A DNA stretch of 64,000 nt from Bacillaceae bacterium (lineage in GTDB: Bacteria > Bacillota > Bacilli > Bacillales > Alkalibacillaceae). Of this stretch, positions 31,672 to 42,869 are shown piece by piece; the stretch's first letter is position 1, and each line of letters opens with the position of its first letter. The DNA lies in assembly GCA_017656265.1 (NCBI GenBank), contig JACDOD010000007.1:66016-130015 (forward strand), given 5' to 3'. A model generated the notes under the pieces. The model was not told the DNA's origin and searched no databases. It saw only the letters and a list, made by a program, of their open reading frames with translations. Position numbers and translations under genes: made by a program.

Positions 31672-32031
31672 TTAACCTTGCTTCCATGTTTCTTCAAAGG
31701 TTTCTTCCTTAAACCCAACCGTTACCTTCTCGCCATCAGTGATAATGGGACGCTTAATTAACATCCCTTCTGATGCCAGCCACTCCAGCATGTCATCATC
31801 AGTGGCTTCTTTAAGCTTATCTTTCATCCCCAGCTCACGATATTTTTTGCCGCTGGTGTTAAAAAACTTTTTGACCGGAAGACCGCTTTTTTCCACATAT
31901 TCCTTCAACTCTTGTCTGGAAGGCGGCTGATCTACGATATGTACAATATCATATTGAATTCCGTGTTCATCGAGCCATTTTAGAGCTTTTCTGCTCGTTC
32001 CGCATCTCGGATAATGATAGACCTTCAGCAT
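31672..32031 (-). CDS. yusI: ArsC/Spx-family protein YusI
   Basis: Start at ATG 32031 (MLKVYHYPRCGTSRKA) after GGGGGA. ArsC-family CxxS/T N-terminus. Confidence 0.85.
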   Translation of the reverse strand: MLKVYHYPRCGTSRKALKWLDEHGIQYDIVHIVDQPPSRQELKEYVEKSGLPVKKFFNTSGKKYRELGMKDKLKEATDDDMLEWLASEGMLIKRPIITDGEKVTVGFKEETFEETWKQG

Positions 32032-32259
32032 AAAAAATCCCCCTTTCAACATATTGTCGCTTGTCCAATATTTTAACATATCTGAACTGAAGAGACACAA
32101 AATCTGTGTACGGCAGCAAACTAGTTGAATCAGCTATTTATTATGTCCACATATTAACATGAGCATAACCAACACAAAAAGAAATATAATCTAGCCTATT
32201 ATGGTCAAAATGAATCACTGATCTATGGGGTAAAACACAGAATTTGAAATAGCTTCTGA

Positions 32260-32296
32260 AAAAAAGAAAAAGACGGCTCCCGAATTCAGGGCCGTC
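32260..32296 (-). terminator. intrinsic terminator after fadE
   Basis: Minus strand GACGGCCCTGAATTCGGGAGCCGTC followed by a U tract. Confidence 0.6.
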
Positions 32297-32308
32297 CTGT
32301 AATGAAAG

Positions 32309-34093
32309 TTATACGAGATACTTTTCAGCTTCAATAATTTTATTGGCAATTTCGCGTTTCTTTTCAATCACATTAATCGGATCGTGGCGGGTAAGCTTGC
32401 GCAGAGCAGAAAGCATCATGCGCAGTGTATCACCGGACTCACTGGCAATAAGCGTTTCTTTCGCATGGGCTTCAATACGGTTAAAGGCTTCCTGACAATA
32501 TACCTGTGTGTAAAGAATTTTTTGGTGGTTTTTCTCTTCACCGTTTTTGTTGACGGCCTTTTCGGTACGGAGAATAGCTGATTCCATATTGTAAATTTCT
32601 GCTACCATATCAGCAATATTCACAAGCAGTTCCTGTTCATGCTCAATTTTTTCTCCATATTTTTGCACAGCCAGGCCGGCACCAAGCAATGCGATTTTCT
32701 TCGCATTTTTCAGCAGGTATTTTTCTTGTTCTAATAGTCCATCCCCTACAGTCTCTGGCATCATCATCATTAATTCTTCTTGAAGTCCCTGAGCCTTCTG
32801 AAGAAGAGGAAGTTCACCCTTCATCGCCTTTTTCAGCAGAGTGCCTGGAACGATTAAACGGTTAATCTCATTCGTTCCTTCAAAAATACGATTGATACGG
32901 GAATCACGATAAATCCGCTCTACTTCATATTCCTGCATAAATCCATAACCGCCATGAAGCTGAACCGCTTCATCCACAACATAATCCAGAAGTTCTGTGG
33001 CAAATACTTTGTTTAGAGAACATTCAATAGCATATTCAGCTATACTTTTTGCAATTTCTTTACCATCCTGCAATTGCTCCTCAGTCAGACTTCCCATTCG
33101 CTGTTCAAACAATCCTACCGTACGATATACAGAGCTCTCGTTTGCATAGATGTTAGATGCCATGGTACCCAGTTTTTCCTTTGTTAATGAGAAACTGGAA
33201 ATTGGTGTGTTAAACTGTTTGCGTTCATTTGTATATTTTACGGCAATTTCAAGTGAGCGTTTTGCACCGCCAACTGCTCCAATTGCCAGTTTATAACGTC
33301 CTACATTAAGAATGTTAAAGGCAATCACATGACCGCGTCCAATTTCACCCAGGACGTTTTCTACAGGAACCTCTGCATCTTCCAGAATCAGTGTGCGGGT
33401 GGAAGATGATTTAATCCCCATTTTCTTTTCTTCCGGTCCGGTTGAAACACCTGGAAAATCACGCTCCACAATGAAAGCTGTAAACTTCTCTCCATCTACT
33501 TTTGCATAAACAACGAATACATCAGCAAAGGCAGAGTTGGTAATCCACTGTTTTTCACCGTTTAAAATATAATGGGTTCCTGCATCATTTAATTTAGCAG
33601 TAGTCTTAGCCCCCAGTGCATCAGAACCTGACCCCGGCTCAGTCAATGCATAAGCAGCTAGTTTTTCGCCGGTAGCCAGTGCCGGAAGATATTTTTTCTT
33701 TTGCTCTTCATTTCCGAAGAATACAATCGGGAGTGATCCAATCCCAACATGAGCTCCATGGGAAATGGAGAAGCCCCCGGCATCAGACATCTTTTCAGTA
33801 ATTAAGGATGAGCTGATCTTATCCAGACTTAAGCCCCCATATTCTTCAGGCACATCTGCACCAAGGAGCCCTAATTCTCCAGCCTGTTTTAACAGATCGA
33901 CACTTATATCAAACTCATGATTTTCCAGTCGGTCTAATTTAGGTCTTACTTCATTGTGGACAAAATCTTCCGTTGTTTTCGCAATCATTAAATGTTCATC
34001 AGTAAAATCTTCCGGAGTAATCACATCATCAGCCTGAATGTCCTTTACTAAAAATTCTCCGCCTTTAAACAATTTTTCTTTTGTTTCACTCAT
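32309..34093 (-). CDS. fadE: acyl-CoA dehydrogenase
   Basis: 594 aa acyl-CoA dehydrogenase with a C-terminal extension. YusJ position. Confidence 0.93.
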   Translation of the reverse strand: MSETKEKLFKGGEFLVKDIQADDVITPEDFTDEHLMIAKTTEDFVHNEVRPKLDRLENHEFDISVDLLKQAGELGLLGADVPEEYGGLSLDKISSSLITEKMSDAGGFSISHGAHVGIGSLPIVFFGNEEQKKKYLPALATGEKLAAYALTEPGSGSDALGAKTTAKLNDAGTHYILNGEKQWITNSAFADVFVVYAKVDGEKFTAFIVERDFPGVSTGPEEKKMGIKSSSTRTLILEDAEVPVENVLGEIGRGHVIAFNILNVGRYKLAIGAVGGAKRSLEIAVKYTNERKQFNTPISSFSLTKEKLGTMASNIYANESSVYRTVGLFEQRMGSLTEEQLQDGKEIAKSIAEYAIECSLNKVFATELLDYVVDEAVQLHGGYGFMQEYEVERIYRDSRINRIFEGTNEINRLIVPGTLLKKAMKGELPLLQKAQGLQEELMMMMPETVGDGLLEQEKYLLKNAKKIALLGAGLAVQKYGEKIEHEQELLVNIADMVAEIYNMESAILRTEKAVNKNGEEKNHQKILYTQVYCQEAFNRIEAHAKETLIASESGDTLRMMLSALRKLTRHDPINVIEKKREIANKIIEAEKYLV

Positions 34094-34112
34094 CTTGTCT
34101 TCCCCCTTAAAA

Positions 34113-35288
34113 TTATACTAATTCAAATACTCCGGCAGCGCCCATGCCTCCGCCGATACACATGGTAACAACCCCAAACTGCACATTTCTTCTCTTCATT
34201 TCATGGATCAAGGACAGGGTTAATTTCGTTCCAGTACATCCCAGTGGGTGCCCAAGCGCAATGGCACCTCCGTTGACGTTGACTTTATCTTCATCCAGTC
34301 CGAGTTCACGGATTACCTGAATAGACTGGGATGCAAATGCTTCATTTAATTCAAACAGTCCAATGTCACTTAATTGTAGTCCTGCTAATTCTAAAGCTTT
34401 TGGAACAGCTTTTACAGGTCCTACCCCCATGATTTCCGGTTCCACACCGGCTACGGCAAACGAGCGGAATTTAGCAAAAGGCTTCAGACCTTCTGCTTTG
34501 GCCTTATCATGGTCCATTACAAGTACAGATGCAGCTCCATCACTCATCTGTGACGAGTTTCCTGCTGTAACTGATCCCTTTAGTGAAAAAGCAGGTTTCA
34601 GTTTTGCCAGCACCTCCATGCTTGTTCCCGGGCGAACCCCTTCATCCTGTTTAAATAACACGGTTTTTTCCTGAACTTTATTGTCAGGTCCCAGATCGCG
34701 CATGACAACTTCTACCGGTACAATTTCGTCATCAAATTTTCCTTCTGCCAGAGCTTTCGCAGCCCGCTCATGGCTTCTGACTGCAAAAGCATCCTGATCC
34801 TCACGGGTAATGCCAAAGCGTCTTGCCACCTCTTCTGCTGTATGGCCCATGGACATATAATATTCCGGTGCATGTTCGACCAGCTTCAGATTCGGCTTAA
34901 TCACGTGGCCCCCCATTGGAATGAGGCTCATGGATTCTGCTCCGCCTGCGAGAATCGTATCACTTTGTCCTAACATAATTCGTTCGGCTGCATAAGCGAT
35001 ACTTTGCAAACCGGAAGAACAATAGCGGTTTATGGTGATGGCCGGAACATCATGCGGAAGTCCAGCCAAACCAGCAATATTTCGCGCCATGTTCATGCCC
35101 TGTTCTGCTTCCGGCATGGCACAGCCAATAACCACATCATCTATGTTTCCATCGTATCCACCAGCACGCTTAAGTGTTTCTTGAATGGTTAACGCGGCTA
35201 AATCATCCGGGCGTGTATTAGCAAGCGTTCCTTTTTTCGCCTTTCCTACAGGTGTACGGGCACCTGAGACGATCACTGCTTCCTTCAC
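34113..35288 (-). CDS. fadA: acetyl-CoA C-acyltransferase (3-ketoacyl-CoA thiolase)
   Basis: 391 aa thiolase with the active-site region NRYCSSGLQ and the C-terminal GGGMG motif. Confidence 0.95.
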   Translation of the reverse strand: MKEAVIVSGARTPVGKAKKGTLANTRPDDLAALTIQETLKRAGGYDGNIDDVVIGCAMPEAEQGMNMARNIAGLAGLPHDVPAITINRYCSSGLQSIAYAAERIMLGQSDTILAGGAESMSLIPMGGHVIKPNLKLVEHAPEYYMSMGHTAEEVARRFGITREDQDAFAVRSHERAAKALAEGKFDDEIVPVEVVMRDLGPDNKVQEKTVLFKQDEGVRPGTSMEVLAKLKPAFSLKGSVTAGNSSQMSDGAASVLVMDHDKAKAEGLKPFAKFRSFAVAGVEPEIMGVGPVKAVPKALELAGLQLSDIGLFELNEAFASQSIQVIRELGLDEDKVNVNGGAIALGHPLGCTGTKLTLSLIHEMKRRNVQFGVVTMCIGGGMGAAGVFELV

Positions 35289-35323
35289 ATTTCTTCCCCC
35301 TGTTCATTTTGGAGTTTGTTCAT

Positions 35324-37723
35324 TTAATTACGAAGCGGTTTGCCTTTAAGAAGCATATGCTGCATTCTCTGCTGCGTTTTCGGCTCACCAATAAGACTCA
35401 AGAAAGCTTCTCGCTCAAGGTCAAGCAAATATTGTTCATCTACAAGCGTTCCTTCTTTCAGACGGCCTCCCGCGAGAACAAATGCCAGTTTTTCTGCAAT
35501 TTTCAGGTCATGTTCACTGGCATATCCCCCGAAGCCCATTGTTTTGGCACCAAGAAGCATAGCAGCATATCCTGCTTCACCGACTACCGGAATTTTCTCC
35601 CGCTTAGGCGGCTGATAACCTGTCTGTGAAAGGGCCAATACCTTTTGTTTTGCATCGTGGATTAAATGATCTCCGTTTACACTAATGGCATCCTGATGAT
35701 TTAAGAATCCATACTCTTTTGCTTCCTGGGCAGAGGTTGACACTCTGGCAGTTGCAATTTTCTCGAATACATCATTAGCTACTTTCATCAGATCAAGGCT
35801 GACACCTTCAGGCAGACCTTTCAGCTGCTTAATATACAGCTCCTTGTTTCCGCCGCCGCCAGGAATAAGACCAACGCCAACTTCCACCAGTCCCATATAG
35901 GTTTCCTGTGAAGCCTGGACAGAACTTGCCGGCAGACATACTTCAGTACCTCCGCCAAGGGTCATACCAAACGGAGCAGCAACAACCGGCTTTTCACTAT
36001 ATTTAATATTCATCATGGCCTGCTGGAATTGCTTGACGACGAGATCCAGCTCAAAGAAGTTCTGATCCTGTGCTTCCATAAGCATTAGAGCCAGGTTCGC
36101 ACCGACACAGAAATTTTTGCCCTGATTCCCGATGACAAGTCCGCGGTAATTGTTTTTTACTTCCTCAAGGGATTCATTGATCATTTGTATAATATCAAGG
36201 CCAATCGCATTATTTTGTGAGTGAAATTCAAGCAGTGCTACGTCATCACCCAGATCAATTAGGCTCGCACCGCTGTTTTTCTTAATGACGCCTTCGTTTT
36301 CTTTCCACAGTTTTAAATGAATTTCTTTTGGATTCACAACCTGTTCTTTGTATTCGCCATTATGGTAGAAGTAAACTTTACCATTTTCTTTTTTATAGAA
36401 GCTTTCACAGCCCTTTGACAGCATTTCTTCTACCCATTCAGGAACCTGCTCTCCCTCTTCTTTCATGCGTTCAACAGAGGATTTTACCCCGATGGCGTCC
36501 CATGATTCAAACGGACCCAGCTCCCAGCCAAAGCCCCATTTCATCGCCTGGTCAACAGCAGGGATATCATCCGCAATTTCGCCGAGCAGCTCTGCTGAAT
36601 AAATCAGCACGGGTTTAAAGATAGACCACAGCAGATCGCCGGCCCGGTCACCCTTTGCAGAGACAAGGGCTTTTACTTTTCTTCTTGACCCTTTTTCCTG
36701 CTTCGCCATTTCCGTCGCTTTCGTTTTCAGTTTTTTCCGCTCTTCATATTCAAGGGTTTCAGGGTTTAATTCATAGATAACGCTCCCCTTTTCCCCTCTC
36801 TTTTTCAGATAAAAGCCCTGACCGGACTTCTGGCCGAGCCAACCTTTTTCCTGCATTTTTTTCATAAAGCCAGGCACGTCAAACACTTCTTTTTCCTGAT
36901 CTTCTACCTGTTCGTACACATTGTTGGCAACATGGATAAATGTATCTAATCCCACAACATCCAGTGTGCGGAAGGTTGCACTTTTTGGACGTCCGATTAA
37001 CGGGCCAGTAACAGAGTCCACTTCTCCAACGCCGTATCCGCTTTCAAGCATCTTCTGAACCGTTATCAAAAGACCATAAGTACCAATTCGGTTGGCGATG
37101 AAGTTAGGGGTGTCTTTCGCCTCCACAACCCCTTTTCCAAGAACATCCTCACCGAATTGTTTCATAAAAGAAAGCACATCAGGGTCTGTATCTTTTGTAG
37201 GAATGACCTCCAATAATTTTAAATATCGAGGCGGATTGAAGAAATGGGTTCCAAGGAAGTGTTTCCGAAAATCCTCAGATCTTCCTTCTGCCATTTTTTC
37301 AATAGAAATTCCTGAAGTATTTGAACTGACAATAGTTCCTTCTTTTCGATACTGATCAACCTGTTCAAAAACTTTTCGCTTAATATCCAGGTTTTCAACC
37401 ACTACTTCTATAATCCAGTCTACTTCTCCAAGCTTCTCCATATGATCTTCCATATTTCCTGTTGAAATGAAATCCAGGTTCTTATTGCTTGTCAGCGGAG
37501 AAGGTTTCTGTTTCAGCAATTTCTTCTTATTTTCAGTTGCAATTCGATTTCTGACAGCAGCATCTTCCAGTGAGAGCCCCTTTTTCTTTTCCTCTTCAGT
37601 CAAGTCTCGTGGCACAATATCAAGCATAAGAGTAGGAATTCCTACATTCGCCAGGTGAGCAGCAATTCCTGCCCCCATGACACCTGAGCCTAACACGGCC
37701 GCGCGCTTGATTTTTCGCTCCAT
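35324..37723 (-). CDS. fadN: bifunctional 3-hydroxyacyl-CoA dehydrogenase / enoyl-CoA hydratase
   Basis: Start at ATG 37723 (MERKIKRAAVLGSGVMGAGIA) after GGGGGA. The 46-codon upstream extension in the track covers the operator. Confidence 0.93.
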   Translation of the reverse strand: MERKIKRAAVLGSGVMGAGIAAHLANVGIPTLMLDIVPRDLTEEEKKKGLSLEDAAVRNRIATENKKKLLKQKPSPLTSNKNLDFISTGNMEDHMEKLGEVDWIIEVVVENLDIKRKVFEQVDQYRKEGTIVSSNTSGISIEKMAEGRSEDFRKHFLGTHFFNPPRYLKLLEVIPTKDTDPDVLSFMKQFGEDVLGKGVVEAKDTPNFIANRIGTYGLLITVQKMLESGYGVGEVDSVTGPLIGRPKSATFRTLDVVGLDTFIHVANNVYEQVEDQEKEVFDVPGFMKKMQEKGWLGQKSGQGFYLKKRGEKGSVIYELNPETLEYEERKKLKTKATEMAKQEKGSRRKVKALVSAKGDRAGDLLWSIFKPVLIYSAELLGEIADDIPAVDQAMKWGFGWELGPFESWDAIGVKSSVERMKEEGEQVPEWVEEMLSKGCESFYKKENGKVYFYHNGEYKEQVVNPKEIHLKLWKENEGVIKKNSGASLIDLGDDVALLEFHSQNNAIGLDIIQMINESLEEVKNNYRGLVIGNQGKNFCVGANLALMLMEAQDQNFFELDLVVKQFQQAMMNIKYSEKPVVAAPFGMTLGGGTEVCLPASSVQASQETYMGLVEVGVGLIPGGGGNKELYIKQLKGLPEGVSLDLMKVANDVFEKIATARVSTSAQEAKEYGFLNHQDAISVNGDHLIHDAKQKVLALSQTGYQPPKREKIPVVGEAGYAAMLLGAKTMGFGGYASEHDLKIAEKLAFVLAGGRLKEGTLVDEQYLLDLEREAFLSLIGEPKTQQRMQHMLLKGKPLRN

Positions 37724-37746
37724 TCCAGTTCCCCCTATCCCTTTTT

Positions 37747-37764
37747 TGAATGAATACTCATTCA
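37747..37764. promoter_or_regulatory. FadR (YsiA) operator
   Basis: TGAATGAATACTCATTCA, a perfect 7+7 palindrome 24 nt upstream of the fadN start. It matches the B. subtilis FadR box as I recall it (TGAATGA-N4-TCATTCA). Confidence 0.75.
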
Positions 37765-37933
37765 TTTTTTGGCGAAAAAAATAAGTGAGCTTGAAAAATT
37801 TAGTTCTATTTTTACTATAAATTATATTCAGATATTTCGCAAATATTTTTAAAAAATTCAAGAGAAATTAAATTAAAATACACATCCAAAAATTATTGTC
37901 GTTTCATCATTTCATATTTAACTTCCTTTAAGA

Positions 37934-37973
37934 AAAACCTGGCTTCCATCGGTTTTATCCATGGAGCCAGGTT
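37934..37973 (-). terminator. intrinsic terminator after the proline dehydrogenase gene
   Basis: Long imperfect stem AACCTGGCTCCATGG/CCATCGGAAGCCAGGTT followed by U5. Confidence 0.6.
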
Positions 37974-37983
37974 TCTCAATTTC

Positions 37984-38904
37984 TTACTTTTTAAAGATTC
38001 CTTTCAGAACAAAGGCTACATTGGCAGGGCGTTCAGCAAGACGGCGCATGAAGTATCCGTACCAGTCATTTCCATACGGTACGTATACGCGCATCTTATA
38101 CCCTTCTTTTACGAGCTGTTCCTGAAGCTCTGTGCGAATGCCATAAAGCATCTGGAATTCAAACTGGTCTCTGGAAATATTATGTTCGTCAACCAGCTTT
38201 TTCGTATACTCAATGATCGCATCATCATGGGTAGCAACAGCTGTATAATTGCCATTTAACATGTGCATTTTAATAATCTTTTTGAAGTTTTCATCTACAT
38301 CTTTTTTCTCAGGAAAAGCGGCTTCAGGAGACTCTTTATAGGCTCCCTTTACAAGCCGCAGGTTGGGACTGTACTTGTTTAAGTCCTCAATGTCTTCTGC
38401 AGTGCGGTATAAATATGCCTGAAGCACAGTTCCCAGACCATCATATTCACTCTTCAGTTCTTTAAAAATATCCAGAGTCTTCTGGCAGCGTTCATAATCT
38501 TCCATATCAATGGTTACGAACACATGATGTTTTTTGCCGGCCTCCAGAATTTTTCTCATATTCTCCATAACGAGGTCTCTGGAAATGTCCAGCCCCATGG
38601 AAGTCATTTTTAAGGAAAGCTGGGAGTCCAGATTATGCTTCGAAATTTCTTCGATCGCTTTAATACATTCTTCGGTACGTTCTCTGGCCTCCTGTTCGTT
38701 ATCGACAAATTCCCCCAGATGATCCAGTGTAACAACAAGCCCCCGCTCATTTAGGGATTTAATGACCTCTCTGGCACTTTCTATGGTTTCTCCGGCCACA
38801 AATCGGGACGCACCAAACCGCAATCCGTATTTTTTAGCCAGCTTTGTAAAAAATTTGTTCTCAGAGATAAACAAGAAAAAATTACGCATCAGCTGTTCCA
38901 ACAT
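37984..38904 (-). CDS. fadM: proline dehydrogenase (FadM/YusM-type)
   Basis: 306 aa, PutA-type proline dehydrogenase TIM-barrel sequence. YusM position. Confidence 0.9.
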   Translation of the reverse strand: MLEQLMRNFFLFISENKFFTKLAKKYGLRFGASRFVAGETIESAREVIKSLNERGLVVTLDHLGEFVDNEQEARERTEECIKAIEEISKHNLDSQLSLKMTSMGLDISRDLVMENMRKILEAGKKHHVFVTIDMEDYERCQKTLDIFKELKSEYDGLGTVLQAYLYRTAEDIEDLNKYSPNLRLVKGAYKESPEAAFPEKKDVDENFKKIIKMHMLNGNYTAVATHDDAIIEYTKKLVDEHNISRDQFEFQMLYGIRTELQEQLVKEGYKMRVYVPYGNDWYGYFMRRLAERPANVAFVLKGIFKK

Positions 38905-39080
38905 AAGCCCTCCTTTATGTTCTGCCGCACTTTATGAATTTGTGTAAAAAATCAATAATATTTTATCATTTTTTTCATGGAAGAACATCTACATGTATCA
39001 TTTTGTCGAAAAAATTTTCAGCATAAAATTAACATTTTTTGAAAACCTATTCATGAAAGTACAAGTAAAGGAGGATGAAT

Positions 39081-39341
39081 ATGCAACAGCAGCAACAGAC
39101 TACCCAAAGTCAAAATATGCAAATGCCCCCGACGATGGTCAGTACCAAAGACCAGATGTATTTAACAGATATTTTGTCCTGGACACTGATTGCAGCTAAA
39201 AAAGCTCATTTTTTTGCCCAGCAATGCCAGAACCAGGATGTAAAAACCGCTCTGGAGGATGCCGGAAGAATGCATCAGCAGCACTATCAAAAGGTTCTAC
39301 AGCATCTAAATAAAAATCCAAATCCAACTCAATCATCATAA
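39081..39341 (+). CDS. Gln-rich spore-coat-F-like small protein
   Basis: ATG 39081 lies 6 nt after AAGGAGG. Poly-Q N-terminus. Co-oriented with, and 15 nt upstream of, a Coat F-domain gene. Confidence 0.55.
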   Translation: MQQQQQTTQSQNMQMPPTMVSTKDQMYLTDILSWTLIAAKKAHFFAQQCQNQDVKTALEDAGRMHQQHYQKVLQHLNKNPNPTQSS

Positions 39342-39355
39342 AGGGAGGTTGAATC

Positions 39356-39679
39356 ATGCCAAACCAAAAAGTTTCCAATCCGGAAACCGCTGTGCCTCAA
39401 ACTTCACAAATGAATGACCGGGATTTTATGAATGATATGCTTGCTATGGAAAAATACTTAACAGATGCATACAGCACGGCCATGAATGAAGTGAGCAATC
39501 AGGATCTCTATCAGGATCTGTCTACGATTTTTAAGGAAACTCAGGATACCCAGCGGAACCTATATAATACGATGTTTAAAAATGGATGGTATAAGCTGGA
39601 TGTTGCAGATCAGCAGACACTGCAGCAAAACTATCAGCAATTTTCAGGCTATACCAGTCAATTGCCTTATGTAAACTGA
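39356..39679 (+). CDS. spore coat protein, Coat F domain (YusN-like)
   Basis: 107 aa. The NDRDFMNDMLAMEKYLTDAYSTAMNE pattern is typical of the Coat F family. Confidence 0.7.
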   Translation: MPNQKVSNPETAVPQTSQMNDRDFMNDMLAMEKYLTDAYSTAMNEVSNQDLYQDLSTIFKETQDTQRNLYNTMFKNGWYKLDVADQQTLQQNYQQFSGYTSQLPYVN

Positions 39680-39692
39680 GCTGAAAGGTTTA

Positions 39693-39729
39693 AACAACAC
39701 CAGCCGACATTGGCTGGTGTTGTTTTTTT
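39693..39729 (+). terminator. intrinsic terminator after the coat F gene
   Basis: AACAACACCAGCC-GACAT-TGGCTGGTGTTGTT followed by T7. Confidence 0.8.
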
Positions 39730-39733
39730 GATT

Positions 39734-39780
39734 AATGTTTTTGAAAGCCCCTGGCATAGCCTGGGGTTTTCAAAAACATT
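39734..39780. repeat. long AT-rich palindrome
   Basis: AATGTTTTTGAAA-GCCCC...TGGGG-TTTTCAAAAACATT. It is the second of three consecutive hairpins in this convergent intergenic region. Confidence 0.6.
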
Positions 39781-39786
39781 AAAAAA

Positions 39787-39825
39787 ATCCGAACTCATTC
39801 ATGTCACAGTTGAATGAGTTCGGAT
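39787..39825. terminator. terminator hairpin, (AT)ATCCGAAC-stem repeat family, copy 4
   Basis: 15-bp stem ATCCGAACTCATTCA...TGAATGAGTTCGGAT with an A7 run 5'. It is downstream of copZ on the minus strand. Confidence 0.65.
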
Positions 39826-39869
39826 ATCCCCTTACTTTATGCGGTTTTGTACCAGTCTCTACTGTTTAT

Positions 39870-40073
39870 TTATGCTACATCATATCCCTGCTCTTCAATC
39901 GCTTCTGCCATTTGCTCTCTAGAAACTTTTGATTCGTCATAAGCAATTTCCACTTTTCCTGAATCCAGATACACCTCGACAGATTCAACGCCATCCAGTT
40001 CTGTCAGCGCTCCTTTTACAGCCTTTTCACAATGTCCGCATGACATTCCCTGTACATTTAACGTAATTTTCAT
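39870..40073 (-). CDS. copZ: copper chaperone CopZ
   Basis: HMA domain with GMSCGHC. Start at ATG 40073, 6 nt after AGGAGG. Confidence 0.92.
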   Translation of the reverse strand: MKITLNVQGMSCGHCEKAVKGALTELDGVESVEVYLDSGKVEIAYDESKVSREQMAEAIEEQGYDVA

Positions 40074-40107
40074 CATAATCCTCCTCATTTTTTTCATATA
40101 CTATGAA

Positions 40108-42501
40108 TTATAGTTTTACTCGCTTTAATCGAAGCGAGTTGGTTACAACACTTACTGAGCTGAATGCCATAGCCGCTCCGGCAATCCATGGTGCAAGAAG
40201 CCCCAGAGCAGCCACCGGAATCCCGGCAGAATTATAGGCAAGTGCCCAGAAAAGATTCTGACGGATATTTTTCATAGTTTTTTGACTTAAGCGAATCGCC
40301 TTTGGAATCAGCAGCAGTTCGCCTCTTAAAATGGTGACATCAGCTGCTTCAATAGCTACATCTGTACCTGTGCCAATGGCGATTCCAATATCAGCGGTGG
40401 CAAGTGCTGGAGCATCGTTGATTCCATCTCCTACCATGGCTACATGCTTGCCTTCTTCCTGAAGCTCCTTCACAACATTAGCCTTCTCCTGTGGTACTAC
40501 TTCGGCAATAACCTGGTCAATTCCTACCTGTTTAGCAATTGCCTGAGCAGTCCGCTGATTGTCTCCTGTGAGCATGACGATTTCAATGCCCATTTCTTTT
40601 ATCTCTGCAATCGCCTGTCTGGCAGTCTCTTTAATCGTGTCTGCGACAGCAATCACCCCTGCTGCCGTACCATCCACTGCGATTAACATAGCGGTTTTTC
40701 CTTCTTCTTCCCATTGTTCTAAAGTTTGCTGATACTCATAAAAATCAACTTCAAATTGATTCATTAATTTACGTGTTCCTACAAGAACAGATTTACCATT
40801 TATATTGGATTTAATTCCATGACCGGGGATTGCCTCAAAAGACTCCGGCTCTGTTAAAGATACATTCTGGCTGCGTGCATATTCAACAATCGCCTGCGCC
40901 AGCGGATGTTCTGATGAATGTTCAGCACTGGCAACAAGCCTCAAAAGATGGTCATCACCCGTAAAATCTGTTACCTCCGGCTTTCCCTTCGTAATCGTGC
41001 CTGTTTTGTCAAACACAATGGTATTCACTTTATGTGTGGCTTCTAAATGTTCGCCGCCTTTGTATAAAATTCCATGCTCAGCACCTTTTCCAGTTCCAAC
41101 CATAATGGAAGTTGGGGTTGCCAGCCCAAGGGCACATGGACAGGCAATCACTAGTACCGCTATCGCAGCGGTCAAGGCAGGCGGCAGTTCACCCGGTGTT
41201 ACCAGTGTAATCCAGACAATAAAGGTTACTACGGCTATGCCAACCACAATAGGAACAAAATACCCTGAGATGACATCTGCCATCCGCTGAATAGGTGCTT
41301 TGGATCCCTGTGCCTCTTCTACGACTCTAATAATCCCTGCCAGCGCAGTATCCTTTCCTACTTTAGTAGCTTTCATCTGAATCGTGCCATTTTTATTAAT
41401 CGTGGAGCCGATGACGGGATCTCCTGACGCTTTTTCCACCGGAATGGACTCACCTGTAATAACCGATTCATCAACCGATGTTTGTCCCTGAATCACTTCG
41501 CCATCTACAGGAATTTTTTCGCCCGGTCTTACAAGAATGATATCCCCTGGCTGGACTTTCTCAAGGGGAACCTTTACTTCCTCTCCGTTTTTAATTACAG
41601 TTGCTTCTTTCGCCTGCAGATTTAACAGTTTTGAAATTGCCTGGGTGGTTCTTCCCTTTGCAACAGCTTCAAAATATTTTCCTAACAGAATTAAAGTAAT
41701 CAAGATCGCACTGGTTTCAAAATATAAATGGGGTTCCATCCCTGGTTTGTATAACGTCTGGACAGCTTCACTGACACTGTAAAAATAAGCAGCGCTTGTT
41801 CCTAAAGCAACCAGCACGTCCATATTTGCACTTTTGTTCCGCAAGTTTTTATAGGCTCCCACATAAAATTGCCAGCCGATGATAAACTGCACCGGGGAAG
41901 CCAGTGCCATCTGCACCCATGGATTCATCAGCAGCTCTGGAACGTATAGATTAAACAGATGATCAGCCATGGTATAAAGGAGGGGCAAGGAAAGCAGAGT
42001 TGAGATATACAACTTCATCCGCTTTTTCTTTAATTCTGCTTCTTTCTTTTCCTCTTTATTTTCATCCTGGCGAACTTTTGCATCATACCCGATTTTTTTT
42101 ATTTTTCCGATGATCTCATCCAGGTCCGCTATCCCGGGGGTATATTCCACTGACGCTGTTTCATTTGCCAGATTAACCGTTGCAGATGATACGCCCGGCA
42201 TTTTGTTTAGCACTTTCTCAATTCGGGTGGAGCAGGCAGCGCAGGTCATGCCATAAACGTCCAGTTCCTTCTTTTCAACCTCTACTCCATACCCAAGCTG
42301 ATCAATCTTTGACGTAATTTCATCTATATGAACCTTTTCAGGATCATACTCAACAGCAGCATTCTCCATGGCCAGGTTAACTCTTGCATCGACACCGTCC
42401 ATTTTATTAAGCACTTTTTCTATGCGTGTGGAACAGGCGGCGCAGGTCATCCCCTTAATCCCAAGGTTCACCTGTTTTGAATTCCCCATCATGTTCACCA
42501 C
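40108..42501 (-). CDS. copA: copper-translocating P1B-type ATPase CopA
   Basis: Two N-terminal HMA domains ([18 protein letters not shown] twice), CPC, DKTGT and GDGINDAP motifs. Confidence 0.96.
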   Translation of the reverse strand: MVNMMGNSKQVNLGIKGMTCAACSTRIEKVLNKMDGVDARVNLAMENAAVEYDPEKVHIDEITSKIDQLGYGVEVEKKELDVYGMTCAACSTRIEKVLNKMPGVSSATVNLANETASVEYTPGIADLDEIIGKIKKIGYDAKVRQDENKEEKKEAELKKKRMKLYISTLLSLPLLYTMADHLFNLYVPELLMNPWVQMALASPVQFIIGWQFYVGAYKNLRNKSANMDVLVALGTSAAYFYSVSEAVQTLYKPGMEPHLYFETSAILITLILLGKYFEAVAKGRTTQAISKLLNLQAKEATVIKNGEEVKVPLEKVQPGDIILVRPGEKIPVDGEVIQGQTSVDESVITGESIPVEKASGDPVIGSTINKNGTIQMKATKVGKDTALAGIIRVVEEAQGSKAPIQRMADVISGYFVPIVVGIAVVTFIVWITLVTPGELPPALTAAIAVLVIACPCALGLATPTSIMVGTGKGAEHGILYKGGEHLEATHKVNTIVFDKTGTITKGKPEVTDFTGDDHLLRLVASAEHSSEHPLAQAIVEYARSQNVSLTEPESFEAIPGHGIKSNINGKSVLVGTRKLMNQFEVDFYEYQQTLEQWEEEGKTAMLIAVDGTAAGVIAVADTIKETARQAIAEIKEMGIEIVMLTGDNQRTAQAIAKQVGIDQVIAEVVPQEKANVVKELQEEGKHVAMVGDGINDAPALATADIGIAIGTGTDVAIEAADVTILRGELLLIPKAIRLSQKTMKNIRQNLFWALAYNSAGIPVAALGLLAPWIAGAAMAFSSVSVVTNSLRLKRVKL

Positions 42502-42505
42502 CCTT

Positions 42506-42841
42506 TTAAGATTTTGAAAACTGTTGAAATACCTTCATCAGTTCGTCGATTGCTTCATCACCGTCACCGTGTTTCATAGCCGAACTGACACAATGACGGG
42601 TATGCCTTTCCAGTAAAGTAAAGCCCACTTTTTTTAAAGCTGCATTAATTGCCGATATCTGTACAAGTATATCAACGCAATAACGGTCTTCTTCCACCAT
42701 TTTCTGAATACCCCGAACCTGTCCTTCAATTCGGCGCAAACGGTTAACCAGCTGCTTTTTTTCATCATTTGTCCGTGGTTTCGCCGGTGATTTCCCGCTA
42801 TTTTCAGGCAATTGTATATCCAGATGATCCATTCTCATCAC
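42506..42841 (-). CDS. csoR: copper-sensing repressor CsoR
   Basis: DUF156 core [28 protein letters not shown]...H..HC. Confidence 0.92.
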   Translation of the reverse strand: MMRMDHLDIQLPENSGKSPAKPRTNDEKKQLVNRLRRIEGQVRGIQKMVEEDRYCVDILVQISAINAALKKVGFTLLERHTRHCVSSAMKHGDGDEAIDELMKVFQQFSKS

Positions 42842-42857
42842 TTCCTTTTTATATACT

Positions 42858-42869
42858 ATACCCCCGTAT
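42858..42869. promoter_or_regulatory. CsoR operator core
   Basis: ATACCCCCGTAT. The minus strand reads TACGGGGGTATAGTA, compared with the B. subtilis copZA operator TACGGGGGTATGGTA as I recall it. It lies just upstream of csoR. Confidence 0.65.
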